From assembly GCA_951406725.2 (NCBI GenBank), contig OX597817.1, forward strand, positions 143,344,001 to 143,408,000: a stretch of 64,000 bases of DNA, given 5' to 3'. This DNA is from Octopus vulgaris. Taxonomy: Eukaryota. Both the position numbers and the translations under genes were made by a program. How positions within the stretch are numbered: the stretch's first letter is position 1; every line of letters starts with the position of its first letter. This document shows, one piece after another, positions 27,780 through 41,577 of the stretch. Below the pieces are notes generated by a model. The model was not told the origin of the DNA. It ran no database searches and worked only from the letters and a program-made list of their open reading frames with translations.

Positions 27780-28192
27780 ACCCATAAAATTATTAACCAC
27801 CTTACAAACAATAACTCTGAGCACCTTTTCAAACTCCACCTGTCTAACACCCATGGACATGTTTACAAAGTCAGAAAACAGCACAGCTCCCATGACTTTC
27901 GGAAACATTTTTTCACGCTAAGAGTTGCTGAAGCATGGAACAAACTGCCGGCATCAGTTGTTAGTTGTCGGAGCACTGCATCCTTCAAAACTTCCATGCT
28001 TCCAGAGATTCGCCAACACTACACCTGATTTTCTTCCCTCCATACACACGCAAGCATCTATCTGACTCATATACTGTTCACTTCCCAGACATTTGTACGT
28101 TACTGCATATACTTTATTCGCACTTTTGACAAGTTGTGGTGCACCTGAGCATTGTATACAATAATTTTATTATATTATTATTATTATTATTA
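27780..28192 (+). mobile_element. CR1-like LINE 3' end
   Basis: HKIINH..NTHGHVYKV..FRKHFFTLRVAEAWNKLPASVV..ASFK; (TTA)n tail. Confidence 0.85.
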
Positions 28193-28388
28193 TGCCACAG
28201 GAGACCTAGAGGGTAGCCCAAGAACAAGATGGTTGGATAGTATCCACAGACTCAATTGGTCGCACTTGGGAATCCAGTCGCAAGTGCAATGACGCCGGCT
28301 TCTGATAGGATCCTGAATACTCTACCCACGCGATCATCCCAGGAATACTGGAGGAGATGGATTTTGGATGGATGGATGGATGGATGGA
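28193..28388 (+). mobile_element. RTE-clade LINE 3' end
   Basis: RRPRG*PRTRWLDSI..LGI; (GGAT)n tail. Confidence 0.7.
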
Positions 28389-29214
28389 TTACAAACAGTA
28401 GGTATAAATAAATGAAGTGCTTGAATAAATAACACTATTACTATAAATTAAAACACTTACTTTGAATAACAACTGACTTCAGTCGTGTACACTGCAATTC
28501 CATAATGAATGTAGTAAACACATCAGATTCCTTTCATTATTTCGCAAAAATCATCAAAATCGCCAGCAATTCTCTCATTTTTTTCTTTATATTTTTCCTC
28601 AGTTCAGTCTATATCTTTCGCTTATTCTAAACTTATTATTTTCCACGGGTTAAAATATAAAATAAAATTGATACCGCTAAGTTCACAGGCAATGGCCCTT
28701 TTATTTTTGATTTTTTTTTTACTCAACAAATAACCAGAAACATCCAAGCTCTGATTTGTTTAGGATTTTTTTTCCTGTAAATAATGGAATCACCATTACA
28801 TCGGGTCTAAAGATCACTTTGAAAATATAAGTTCTCCTGTATTAATTTGCTCTTAATTAATGATATTTCTGCAACTCAGAGTTGACTTAATTCCAACCAA
28901 CTTGTTAAAATATTTGCAGATATTAATGACAGTGGTTTAATTTTAGGAAACCAAAATAAGTTCCACGTAAACTTGACTTATTCTTTATGTAACTCTTTGA
29001 AATGAATCGCGTCCTTAAGACCAACCGTTGACGGTAGCAGCGTTTTCGTTAATTCTTTATCTTTTCTCAAATTTTGGAAGACAATTCTGTACCGTTTAAA
29101 TTCTGTTCATAATCGTTTTATTTATTGTGTTACATCGTTATATTCTTGTTTTGTTTGGTGACCTGTTAATTCCACATCAATATTTATTTCTAAAGGACAC
29201 CGAAGGACACTGCG

Positions 29215-29440
<226 letters not shown>

Positions 29441-29860
29441 AAATATACACACATTTATATACACATAAAAGGAGGGGCGATATTATGATTTTATGACTTC
29501 TTGACGGCATTTACAATGAATGCCATAAATTTTTTTTTTTTTCTCGCACCTTTTCAAAATCTTCACTTCTCTTTAAAACTTTTTCACTTCCGGATAATGC
29601 GCAAAAATCTTTCCGGAAGTACTTCTGTTCTGTCACCATAACATACATGCGCATTATCGCACAAAAACTCACACACACACATACATATAGATACATTGTA
29701 TTTGTTCCATTATTGGAAGGATCAAAAAAAAAACGTACGACATCCAGTGAGAGTTAAATCTCATTTAATATACACAATCGTGTTATATAAATCAGTCATT
29801 TATTGCGTTTCCATAGCGTGAAACAAATTGTGGCTCAAATCTAAATACTGTGTTTATTAA

Positions 29861-29930
<70 letters not shown>

Positions 29931-30101
29931 TGTGTATGTGAGTGGTGCCTGTCTGTGAATCTGTGTCTGTGTGTCTATATCTCTGTGTCAGTATGTGTGT
30001 ATGTGTCTGTGTGTGTGTACGCGCGCGTGTGTCTGTGTGTGTGTGTGTGTGTGTTTGAGTGTGTGTGTGTGTGTGTCTGTGTCAGTGTGTGTGCGCGTGC
30101 A

Positions 30102-30160
<59 letters not shown>

Positions 30161-30493
30161 ATATATGTATGTCATTGTTCAGTTTTATTTCAAGAGCAAG
30201 CTGCCAAAAGAGAAAGAGCCGGTTTCTAACCTAGATCCAAGGCGCCTTCTTTAGAATTTCAACATCAACAACAGGGTATTTTTGCTTGTATGTATGTATG
30301 TATGTATGTATGTATGTATGTATGTATGTATGTATGTATGTATGTGTGTGTCTGTGTGTGTGTGCTTGTGTGTGTGTGTGTGCGTGTGTATGTGAGTGTG
30401 CCTGTCTGTGTGTGTCTGTGTATCTGTGTGTCTATATCTCTGTGTCAGTATGTGTGTATGTGTCTGTGTGTGTGTACGCGCGCGTGTGTCTGT

Positions 30494-30566
<73 letters not shown>

Positions 30567-30591
30567 TGCTTGTGTATGTATATATGTATGT

Positions 30592-31812
30592 CATTGTTCA
30601 GTTTTATTTCAAGAGCAGGCTGCCAAAAGAGAAAGAGTCGGTTTCTAACCTAGATCCAAGGCTCCTTCTTTAGAATTTCAACATCAACAACAGGGTATTT
30701 TTGCTTGTATGTATGTATGTATGTATGTATGTATGTATGTATGTATGTATGTATGTATGTATGTATGTGTTTTTATGCATATAGTCACACATCTAAACAT
30801 GCTCATACATATTTAAATGATAAACTTCTGGAACGTTTTACAGATTTTTACAGTTCCACTGATTGATTGGATCTGTAGATTTCGAATTAGCTTTCTCCTT
30901 TCTGATTTTGAGAAGCCTAATTTCTCAAGATTGGTATTTATGCAGTGTGTTACATATCTCAGGGCCCCAATAATTACAGGTATAAGCCTGAACTTATAAT
31001 CTCGGTAGAGTAACTTCAGATTTCTCAATAGTTCAGCGTAGGTGTTCGCTTTTAACTAATCTTCAGTTTTATTTTAACATCCGCTGGACAACTAATTTCC
31101 ACAACTGTGCACAGTTTCTCTTCTCTATCCCAAATCATTATATCAGGTCTGTTGTGCTTACATTTTATTGAGGTTTTCACTGGTACATTCCACCAGTATT
31201 CCTTTTTATTATGAGTGGCTATGGCTTCTACCATATTGTGGGTTTTTATTTCTTTGTCCTCAGGATTATCCTTCCGACGGATTTCATTATAGAGTGTCCT
31301 AGCTACAACGTCATGTCTCATCGGTAGATAATACCGTGATGACATTTTCGGACAACTGCTTATGATGATGTGGAGTGATATCTTCGGTTTTAACTGCATA
31401 ATGTCTGCATCGGTTGTCACGTTTCACGGCTTTTCCTGCATCTCTATCCCTTTTCTGCATCAGGTACTTGGTTGATATTTCCTGTTCTTGGATGGCAAAC
31501 GCAAACCCTACAAAATGGGTGGTAGTAATCCGGCTATTCGTCCATAATAAACTGCTTTGATGATCGATGTTACTATCATGTCTGAACTTTCTACTAGCAT
31601 ATCCATGCGTAGTCTTCTGCTCATATAAGCTCATCCTTTCATCTGATGATACGCTGCGGTAGAGTCGTGCGACTTCTTTGGGCATGTATTCGAGGTTATC
31701 AGATAAGGAATGTTGCTCAAGGAGCTGCCTTCCAAGTCTTATAATGTTATCAGCTTCATGCATGCAAACTTGGTCAAGGGATGCACTTCGACACTTGGTG
31801 GTTAAAAGATGT
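30592..31812 (-). mobile_element. 5'-truncated R4/Dong-like LINE, (CATA)n family
   Basis: Homologous to 3450-4650; 3'UTR duplicated at 30172-30286; (TATG)n on both sides. Confidence 0.88.
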
Positions 31813-32903
31813 TATGTATGTATGTATGTATGTATGTATGTATGTATGTATATACGTACGTACGTATGAATGTATGTACGTACGTATGTATGTATGTATG
31901 TATGTATATACGTACGTACGTATGTACGTACGTACGTATGTATGTATGTATATACGTACGTACGTATGTATGTACGTACGTACGTATGTATGTATGTATA
32001 TACGTACGTACGTATGTATGTATGTACGTACGCATGTATGTATGTATATACGTACGTATGTATGTATATACGTATGTATGTATGTATATACGTATGTATG
32101 TATATACGTATGTATGTATGTATGTATGTATGTATGTATGTATGTATGTATGTATGTATGTATATACGTATGTATGTATGTATGTATGTATGTATGTATG
32201 TATGTATGTATGTATGTGTGTGTGTGTGTGTGTATGCGTGTGTGTGTCACGGTATCGACCAGACTACCGGATATTGTTACACATCACTGGTGACATTCTC
32301 CATTGAATTGTTTTTCGGCATTCGAATAACACCATCCCGCTAGATGGGCAAGCAGACCAACGTTGCCCCTGATCGGAAGGCTATTCCATCACAGTGTGAC
32401 CCACTCACAGCAGAGTGGCCTTGAGCACCGCCAAATTAAGTGTTTTGCTCAAGAACACGATGCGTCACCCGGTCTGAGAATCGAAACTATGATTTCACAT
32501 TCGTGAGTGCAACACCCCTAGCCATTAGTCCATGCACACACACACTCACACACACACTCACACACACACACACACACGCACACACACATACATATACATA
32601 GGCGCAGCCATGGCTGTGAGGTAAGAAGTTTGCTTCCCAACCACATGGTTCCGGGTTCAGTCCCACTGCGTGGCACCTTGGGCAAGTGACTTCTACTATA
32701 GCCTCGGACCAACCAAAGCCTTGTGAATGTATTTGAATCCATGATCACATAATAGATTACATTAGCATGGCAGAATTGTTAGTACGCCGGACAAAACGCT
32801 TAGCGGTATTTCAACCGTCTTTACGTTCGGAGTCCAAATATTGGTGAAGTCGACTTTGCCTTTTTGTTTTTTGAGGTTCAATAGAATTAATGAAAGAAGC
32901 CAG

Positions 32904-32936
<33 letters not shown>

Positions 32937-32941
32937 CGTGC

Positions 32942-33008
<67 letters not shown>

Positions 33009-33435
33009 TATATACGTACGTACGTACGCACATTCGTACGCACGTACGTACTTACGTACGTGCGTACGGATGAACGGACGGACGCACGGACAGAGAGAAC
33101 GAAAGAACGAATGAAATGTAAGCAAAAGATATTGAGGTTTTCGAACGCTGTCAGTATACTAGTCTCTAGTACCTCACCACTAACTACGATGCAGATGTCA
33201 TGTGGTCAGAATGGAAGATAATAAGATCCCTAAGCAATTTCTGTATGGGTAACAGAAGTTGCTTAGGGATCTTAATGATTGCATCAAGAATAGGGTAAAG
33301 AAAATCAAAAGTCTAGAAAATGAATGAGAAAAACTTGCCCTGGATTCGTTCATCGTGGAGTAAAGCAATCCATGATCACATAATAGATTACATTAGCATG
33401 ACAGAATTGTTAGTACGCCGGACAAAACGCTTAGC

Positions 33436-33642
33436 TGGCAGAAACGTTAGCACGCCGGGCGAAATGCGTAGCCGCTACGTTCTGAGTTCAAATTCCGCCG
33501 AGGTCGACTTTGCCTTTCATCCTTTCGGGGTCGATTAAATAAGTACCAGTTACGCACTGGGGTCGATATAATCGACTTAATCCGTTTGTCTGTCCTTGTT
33601 TGTCCCCTCTGTGTTTAGCCCCTTGTGGGCAGTAAAGAAATA
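33436..33642 (+). mobile_element. SINE A (tail-2) inserted into an older SINE A
   Basis: Empty site cttagc|ggtatttcaacc present in the paralogue at 32804/32805. Confidence 0.85.
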
Positions 33643-33887
33643 GGTATTTCAACCGTCTTTACGTTCGGAGTTCAAATATTGGTGAAGTCGACTTTGCCTT
33701 TTTGTTTTTGGGGGTTCAATAGAATAAATATCACTCGGACTCCAGGGTCAATGTAGTCGAGAGAACGCCTTCCCCAAGTGTTCATGCCTTGTGCCTATAG
33801 CAGAAGGAATTGTGGTTATTATTGTTAGTGTTCATTGTTTACATTATTAACATTATTTACATTATTGTTAGTGTTGTTGCTTAATTA

Positions 33888-34472
33888 AGGCGGCGAGCTG
33901 GCAGAAATGTTAGCACGCCGGGTGAAATGCGTAGCCGTATTTCGTCTGCCGTTATGTTCTGAGTTCAAATTCCGCCGAGGTCAACTTTGCCTTTCATCCT
34001 TTCGGGGTCGATAAATTAAGTACCAGTTACGCACTGGGGTCGAAATATAATCGACATAATCCGTTTGTCTGTCCTTATTTGTCCTCTCTGTGTTTAGCCC
34101 CTTGTGGGTAGTAAAGAAATAGGTATTTCGTCTGCCGTTACGTTCTGAGTTCAAATTCCGCCGAGGTCGACTTTGCCTTTCATCTTTTCAGGGTCGATAA
34201 ATTAAGTACCAGTTACGCACTGGGGTCGATATAATCGACTTAATCCGTTTGTCTGTCCTTGTTCGTCCCCTCTGTGTTTAGCCCCTTGTGGGTAGTAAAC
34301 AAATAGGTATTTCGTCCGTCTTTATGTTCTGAATTCAAATTCCGCCGAGGTCGACTTTGCCTTTCATCCTTTTGGGGTCAATAATTTACATACCAGTGAA
34401 ACACTGGGGTAGATGTAATCGACTAGTCCCCTCCCTCCAAATTTCAAGCCTTGTGCCGATTGCATAAAGGAT
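33888..34472 (+). mobile_element. Head-to-tail array of three SINE A units
   Basis: Junctions aaata|ggtatttcg near 34121 and 34304. Confidence 0.88.
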
Positions 34473-34496
34473 TATTATTATTATTATTATTATTAC

Positions 34497-34549
<53 letters not shown>

Positions 34550-34552
<3 letters not shown>

Positions 34553-34875
34553 GTTTGAATTTTGCTTTACATTTGCACAAGCTGGCTCCAAGTCTCACCC
34601 AGAGACCTCAAGAGACAAGTTGGAAGTTCATGTTGGTGTTATGCCTAGGGTGCCATATATTTGGTTTTGTACTTAGTGTTGTACTAGTGAATGTCTAAAA
34701 AACCATACGAAAATTGTTTGTTTTAAAACTTGAGATTACATAGAAAGTATTTTGCGTAGGATATGAGCAGTTCCCATGAGCACTATCTTTTGAATTTCTG
34801 CCATTTTTGGGTTTTCTGGTATCTGAGTTAGGTAGCAATCATCCCCTTTTGCTATCATTCCCAGAGCACCTAGTA

Positions 34876-34877
<2 letters not shown>
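34550..34877 (-). mobile_element. R4/Dong LINE 3' end between (TAA)n tracts
   Basis: ILGALGMI..IQKIVLMGTAHILRKILSM*. Confidence 0.8.
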
Positions 34878-34924
<47 letters not shown>

Positions 34925-34928
<4 letters not shown>

Positions 34929-36194
34929 TTCCCTTCTTTCTTCAAATTTTCTTCCGTTTCATGCCGAGTGTTTTCCGTACATCTATGACAGAGAAGCTTA
35001 TTGTATGCATTCCCAGATTACACACGCAAATTCACAGGTAAAATACGTATTTAAAAAATTAATTAATAAATAAATTCATGAATGGATGTTGTTTTCACAA
35101 CGATAATGTTCTTCTCAGCAGATGGGCTGTTCCAGTTAACACAATTTTTTGCACTCCCTGTAGGGATGGTAAACCTGGTATCATTTTCAAATAGGTTTCA
35201 GTGCCTTTTTTTTTTTATCATTCCTAGAGCTCCTATAATCACTGGTACTGTAGACGCCTTGAGATGCCACATTTTTTTCAATTTCTATAAGCAAGTCTTT
35301 ATATTTACTGATCTTGTCAAATTCTTTCGCCGCTATATTGTGATCGCAAGGAATATTCATGTCAATTAATAAACACATCCTTTTTATCTGATCTTTTATA
35401 ATAATATCCGGTTTATTAGCTTTTATAGTCTTGTCGGTCTGTACGGGGAAGTCCCATAGAATCGACACATTTTCTACCTCAGTCACAGCTTCAGAATGGT
35501 GTTTATACCATTTGTCAGTGGTTTTGATTTTATAATGCCGACATATTGTCCAGTGTAAATACTGGCCGACTCTGTCATGTCTTGCTTTATATTCTGCAGG
35601 TGCTAAGACTCTACACCCTGAGATTAGGTGGTCTATTGTTTCAATCTCATCGTTACAGAATCGGCATTTTGGGTCAGCTCCATTTTTTTATCACATTGGC
35701 TTGGTAGTTCCGGGTTAATAAGCTTTGGTCTTGAGCAGCTAATATGAAACCTTCACTCTCCGCTTTTAGCCCTGAGCTTCGTAACCATTGGTGCGTGTGT
35801 TTCTGGTCGACATCAGCTTGTTTGCTACGGGCCACATACTTGCCATGCAGAGGTTTCTGTTCCCATCTGCTAGCTAATTTTTCATGCGCTTTTGTCTTTG
35901 CAATTAATTTTATTTTCTTTACAGCAGCAGTTGGCGCATTTCCTTCAACCTGATCAATCTTGTAGGTATCTAAGAGACCAGTAGCAAATTTTTTGCTCTC
36001 TTTCAGAATAGAGTGATGTTTTTCGGTCTTTCATGTTTTTTGACATCTAATCGTTGGTTACTTCAAGGTATTTGGCCAGTCCGATTGTGGTGGTTTTGTA
36101 TGTAAGTTCAAGCTGGATCAAACCTCGACCTCCCTGAGCTCCGGGAAGGTAAAGACGAACCACGTCTGCCTTTGGATGGTGCATTTTATTACAA

Positions 36195-36197
<3 letters not shown>
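34925..36197 (-). mobile_element. 5'-truncated decayed R4/Dong LINE between (TAA)n tracts
   Basis: HPKADVVRLYL..GGRGLIQL; LHGKY; AAQDQSL; CRFCNDEIETIDHLISGC; ILWDFPVQTD..KPDIII. Confidence 0.88.
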
Positions 36198-36247
<50 letters not shown>

Positions 36248-36334
36248 AGGCAACGAGCTGGGAGAATCGTTAGCACACCGGGCAAATGCTTTCGTCTGTC
36301 TTTACATTCTCAGTTCAAATTCTGTCGAGGTCTT

Positions 36335-36540
36335 CATAATTCGGACATTTGATGCAATAGATTAGATTGCTGTTTTTACTGTTCATACTTGCATTTGTAA
36401 ATATTCTTCCCGTTTTTATTATTTTTTTGTGTGTGTGTTGATATACTTGACTGGGATATATGAAGTGACGTGTCACGCATGGATTGTCGCCGCATTTAAA
36501 TACTAGAAATGTGTTATCATGCATGAAGCTGCTCATGAAA
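36335..36540 (-). mobile_element. Penelope-like (Neptune-type) Cys linker/GIY-YIG fragment
   Basis: KCGDNPCVT..NASMNSKNSNLIYCIKCPN. Confidence 0.55.
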
Positions 36541-37149
36541 GAAACAAGAAGACAAAAACATCGTCAAATTTAGCCTGAACACACTGTATATTCTAACAAA
36601 AAAACTTGTTTCATCCTTGTTAGAAACCAACTCTTTTGTCAACAAAAACTTCAAATAATTATTCTTTGTAAGCTACTTATTCTATAGACTCTTTTGAACA
36701 TACATACGGGGACGTACATACATACATACATACATACATACATACATACATACATACATGCATACATACATACATACGCACGGCTTCTTTTCACCGTCTA
36801 CCAAATCCACTCACAAGGCATTGGTCGACCCGGGGCATAGCATAAGACATGCCCAAGATTCCACGCTGTGGGACTGAACCGGAACCATAGTGGTTGGTTA
36901 GCAAGCTACTTACCACACAGCCACTCCTGCGCCTACTGTATATTCTAACAAAAAAAACTTTGTATCCTTGTTAGAAACCAACTCTTTTGCAACAAAAAAC
37001 TTCAAATAATTAAAAACTAAAAGAGAACATACATACGTACATACATACATACATACATACACGCATGTGCACACACACACACACATACATACATACATAC
37101 ATACATACATACATACATACATACATACATACATACATACATACATACA

Positions 37150-38230
37150 TAACATCTGTTAACCACCAAGTGTCGAAGTGCATCCCTTGACCAAGTTTGC
37201 ATACATGAGGCTGATAACATCATAAGACTTGGAAGGCAGCTCCTTGAGCAGCATTCTTCGTCTGATAACCTGGAATGCATACCCAAAGAAATCGCACGAT
37301 TCTACTGCAACTTTTCATCAGATGAAAGGAAGAGCCTATATGAGCAGAAGACTATGTATAGGTATGTTAGTAGAAAGCTCCGAGATGATAGTAACATCGA
37401 TCATCAAAGCAGTTTATCATGGACGAATAGCCGGAATATTACCTCCCACTTTGAAGGGTATGCGTTTGCAATCCAGGAGCAGGAAATATCAACCAAGTAC
37501 CTGAAGCACAAAGGGGATAGAGATGCAAGAAAAGCAGTAAAATGGGACAACCGATGCAGACTTTGTGGAGTTCAAACTGAAGATATCACCCACATCATAA
37601 ACAATTGTCCGAAAATGTCATCACGGTATTATCTACCGATGAGACATGACGTTGTAACTAGGACACTCTATAATGAAATCCGTCGGGATGATAACTCCGA
37701 GAACAAAGAAATAAAAACCCACAATATGGTAAAAGCCATAGCCACTTATAATAAAAAGGAATACTGGTGGAATTTCTAAGTGAAGACCCCAATAAAATGT
37801 AAACACAGCAGACCTTATATAATGATTTGGGATAGAGAAGAGAAATTGTTCACAGTTGTGGAATTTAGCTGTGCAGCGGATGTTAACATAAAGCTGATGA
37901 TCAGTGAAAAAGAAAACACCTAAGTTGAACTATTGAGAAATCTACAGTTACTCTATCCAGATTACAAGTTCAGGTTGATGTCTGTAATTATTGGGGCCCT
38001 GGGCTATGTAACACCCTGCCGAAATATCAATCTGGGGAAATTGGGCTTCTCAAAACCAGAAAAGGGAAAGCTAATTTAAAGGCTACAGATCCAATCCATC
38101 ACTGGAACTGTAAAATTCTGTATAGAAATCCAGAAGTTTACCATTTAAATATATATGAGCATGTCTAGACATGTAACTATATGCATGAGAATACATACAT
38201 AGAGCAAAACATACAAATCTACACATACAT
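37150..38230 (+). mobile_element. 5'-truncated R4/Dong-like LINE, (CATA)n family
   Basis: FAIQEQEI; CRLCGVQTEDITHIINNCPKMSSRYYLPMRHD; (CATA)n on both sides. Confidence 0.88.
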
Positions 38231-38267
38231 ACATACAAATCTACACATACATACATACATACATACA

Positions 38268-38298
<31 letters not shown>

Positions 38299-38344
38299 GT
38301 GTATATGTATATACATATATGTATGAATGTATAAATATAAATAA

Positions 38345-38396
<52 letters not shown>

Positions 38397-38829
38397 GTGT
38401 TCGTGTGTGTGTCTGCCTGTCTGTCTGTGTACACACGATTTAAGACTGTAAATGTCGTAGGTTTTGTAGCCCCGTCAGTAGAAGATAGCGCCTTAAAAGG
38501 ATGCAACTTGGGTGTTTTTCTTGGAGAGGGCAATAGAATAAATGTTAGACTAAATACGAGGGTCGATTAAATTAAGTTAAGCTGTTTGAAAGTTGTTCCT
38601 CATTATGGCCACTTTTGGATATCCGAAATCGCTAAAAGAATAATTCAGTTTTCTTTTCGTTTTCGTAAGTTTTGCTCAAGGGAGTTAACTACGTAGAACA
38701 TATATCACCTCAATATTACAAAGTTACTTCCCTTGACAAAAGATGCAGAAATCCATATCTGTAACGTAATAAAACGTAAAAGCTCACTCTTTAAACACGA
38801 TAATATCATACAGACACATTTATAATCTA

Positions 38830-39220
38830 CTATTTGCAGTAACCCCGGCGTTGCTAACGGGTACTTTCTAAGGAATATTTTCAACTCATAAAGCATCTTT
38901 TAGATAGTTATAGCCAAAATATAGCAAAAAAATAAAAAAATGATGCTAAATTTTTTTGAGAGTTAAAAAGGTGGAGTTGCGTCCCCTAGACAGTCTGTGG
39001 TTTGTGTTTCTAATTCTCGACCCCATGCCGAATTTAACGATTTTTTTCAGAACTGGGGGAACTTTTCAAAATTTTCGCTGCGTTAGTTTTGAATTATGAC
39101 ATTTATGTGTGTGTCAAGTTTCATCAGAATCGGTTGAAAGCCGTGGTCAGAGTGAGGGTACGACCAAACAGACACACAGAAACACACACAGACAAACTGC
39201 CGTTTATATATAGAGAGATA
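38830..39220 (+). mobile_element. Second Helentron/DINE-like family
   Basis: gcagtaaccccggcgttgctaacgggt start; gacaaactgccgtttatatatagagagat end. Confidence 0.6.
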
Positions 39221-39304
39221 TTTGATAACCAGTTTCACGGAAATTCTTTCTATGGAATATTTTCAAGATCTCCGAGAGATCTTGTGTATATACATATATA
39301 TGTA

Positions 39305-39455
39305 TGTATATAATCAAAATAAGCAACAAGAATAACTGTTTATTAAATGTTGTAAGTATATACAACAGTTTTATTAATAAAACGATGTAGTGCGAAACGA
39401 TCGTACCAAATTACCGATATCAGTTATTCTTGTTGTTTATTTTGATTATATATGC
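39305..39455. mobile_element. Fold-back with an HHR remnant in the loop
   Basis: Arms tataatcaaaataagcaacaagaataactg / cagttattcttgttgtttattttgattata; loop contains GAAACGATCGTA. Confidence 0.6.
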
Positions 39456-39832
39456 ACCCCATATATATTTATATGGATAACACCATACAAAATTCTGGTG
39501 CATCTAACTTAAGTACCATATTCATTTGAATCTAAATTTTATGAACTTATGTATGTATGTATGTATGTATGTATGTATCGAACGCCACACATCTATTTCC
39601 AAGTAAGTTTTATCTATCTATCTATCTACCTCTGTTTGTGTGTGTGTGCGCGCGCGTGTGTAGTGAAATTTTACACATGCATATATGGGTACAGAACGTC
39701 AAAAAATGTAAACAACATGAAATAGATATATATATGTACATATACATATATATGTAAGTATGTACATTTATGTATGTATAGCTCAAATATTTTTTCCTCT
39801 GTCTTCCCTTCTTGGGATCTTTCCTTCTCCTT

Positions 39833-39867
39833 GTTTCCGACGAAGAGCTCCGCTCGAAACGTTAAAC
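39833..39867 (+). ncRNA. Minimal type-I hammerhead-like motif
   Basis: gttt CCGACGA a gagc-tcc-gctc GAAAC GTT aaac; palindromic AACGTT. Confidence 0.55.
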
Positions 39868-39980
39868 CCTCCTTCCCTTCTTTCCTGAGCGTCAATAATA
39901 CTTTAATTGTTCCACGTCCTGCGTTGCTGTGTTTTTTTTCTCTTTTTTCTGTGTTTTCTTGTTTGGATTAACTTTATATA

Positions 39981-40026
<46 letters not shown>

Positions 40027-40734
40027 TATACTATATTATTATATGATCGAACGCCACACATCTATTTCCAAGTAAGTTTTATCTATCTATCTATCTACCT
40101 GTGTGTATGTGTGTGTGCGCGCGCGCACGCGCGTGTGTAGTGAAATTTTACAAAAAAAAAACAAAAGACGAAAATGGGTGTGTAAGCAACAAACAGATTT
40201 AACAGAAAATGCACAGATAAAACATGTGGTATCAACTCAGAGCGTGGAATTTATAACTTAAGCATTAGTAATAGAGTTGTTACAATTCGAGTAAAATACA
40301 TCATATAGATAAAAGAATATGATATACTCTACTCCAAAAACTCTACAACTATATTGAAATTATAAATTCCATCTTCTAAATTGATATCAATTGTTTGCTC
40401 TTTCATTCTTTCTTTCTGTTATAAATTACTTCATTCAGCGAGATAAAATTCGCTGGAGAAAGATGTTGTGGCTTGCCACTCGCAGTTTCTTTGAACATCT
40501 CGTGACGTTGGTGATTCTGTGTGGCTATCCGAGTTACACTTTTTTAGCTCTTGTTTCTAGCAATTGAAGGTGCTATTTTGCACCCTTAATTAAGTATTCT
40601 GTACCTTTTCGGTTTTTTTTTAATTGTATCTTTAGCCACCTATATTATAATGTATTTAATATATCATAATATTAATCTATCGTTATATCTTACTGCATGT
40701 GTGTGTGTATATATATATATATAATAATAATAAT

Positions 40735-40789
<55 letters not shown>

Positions 40790-40947
40790 AAACACCTTTT
40801 ATCAATTCAATAATGAAAAATCAAATTATAGCATTTAGAGAAATTACATATTAAAGAAAGATTAAATATAAGATAAAGCATATAAGGATGATTAAGTAAT
40901 GTGCAAAATGATAAAGAAAACGTGTATATTTGGTAGAATAACGACAC

Positions 40948-40980
<33 letters not shown>

Positions 40981-41461
40981 ATATATAAGTGCATATATAG
41001 GTACAGGACTTCAGCAACTCTTCAGAATGAAAGTACGAAAACAAACGAGTTAAATACGCAAATAACGACAGAAATATATGGAAAACAGGACCAAGTAACA
41101 TAAAGAATGACCCTTCATTAGTTGTCGACTCTCTATCTACTCCTTATTTCGAGCATTCAACGACAGTTGCTCCCATAAATTTCAAAATAGAATTTAGGAT
41201 TTATGGAGGGTCAACTCTTGGGAACAAAACAGGAGAGTGGAGACACACAAGGAAACAGAACGATAACAAACATGGAGGATCGTTAGACCAGAACTGGAGG
41301 AAAATAGTGAATGCTGTGAGAAATATTTTTGGAAAGAGAAAATGATAGAAGGGAGAGATTGAAGACGTCCAGTTCTTAGAACATCGTGCAGGGAAAAGAA
41401 AGATTATAACATGAGGAAAAGAAATGGACAGTGGTCACGAGTGAGCAACGAGAGAGAGGAA

Positions 41462-41577
<116 letters not shown>

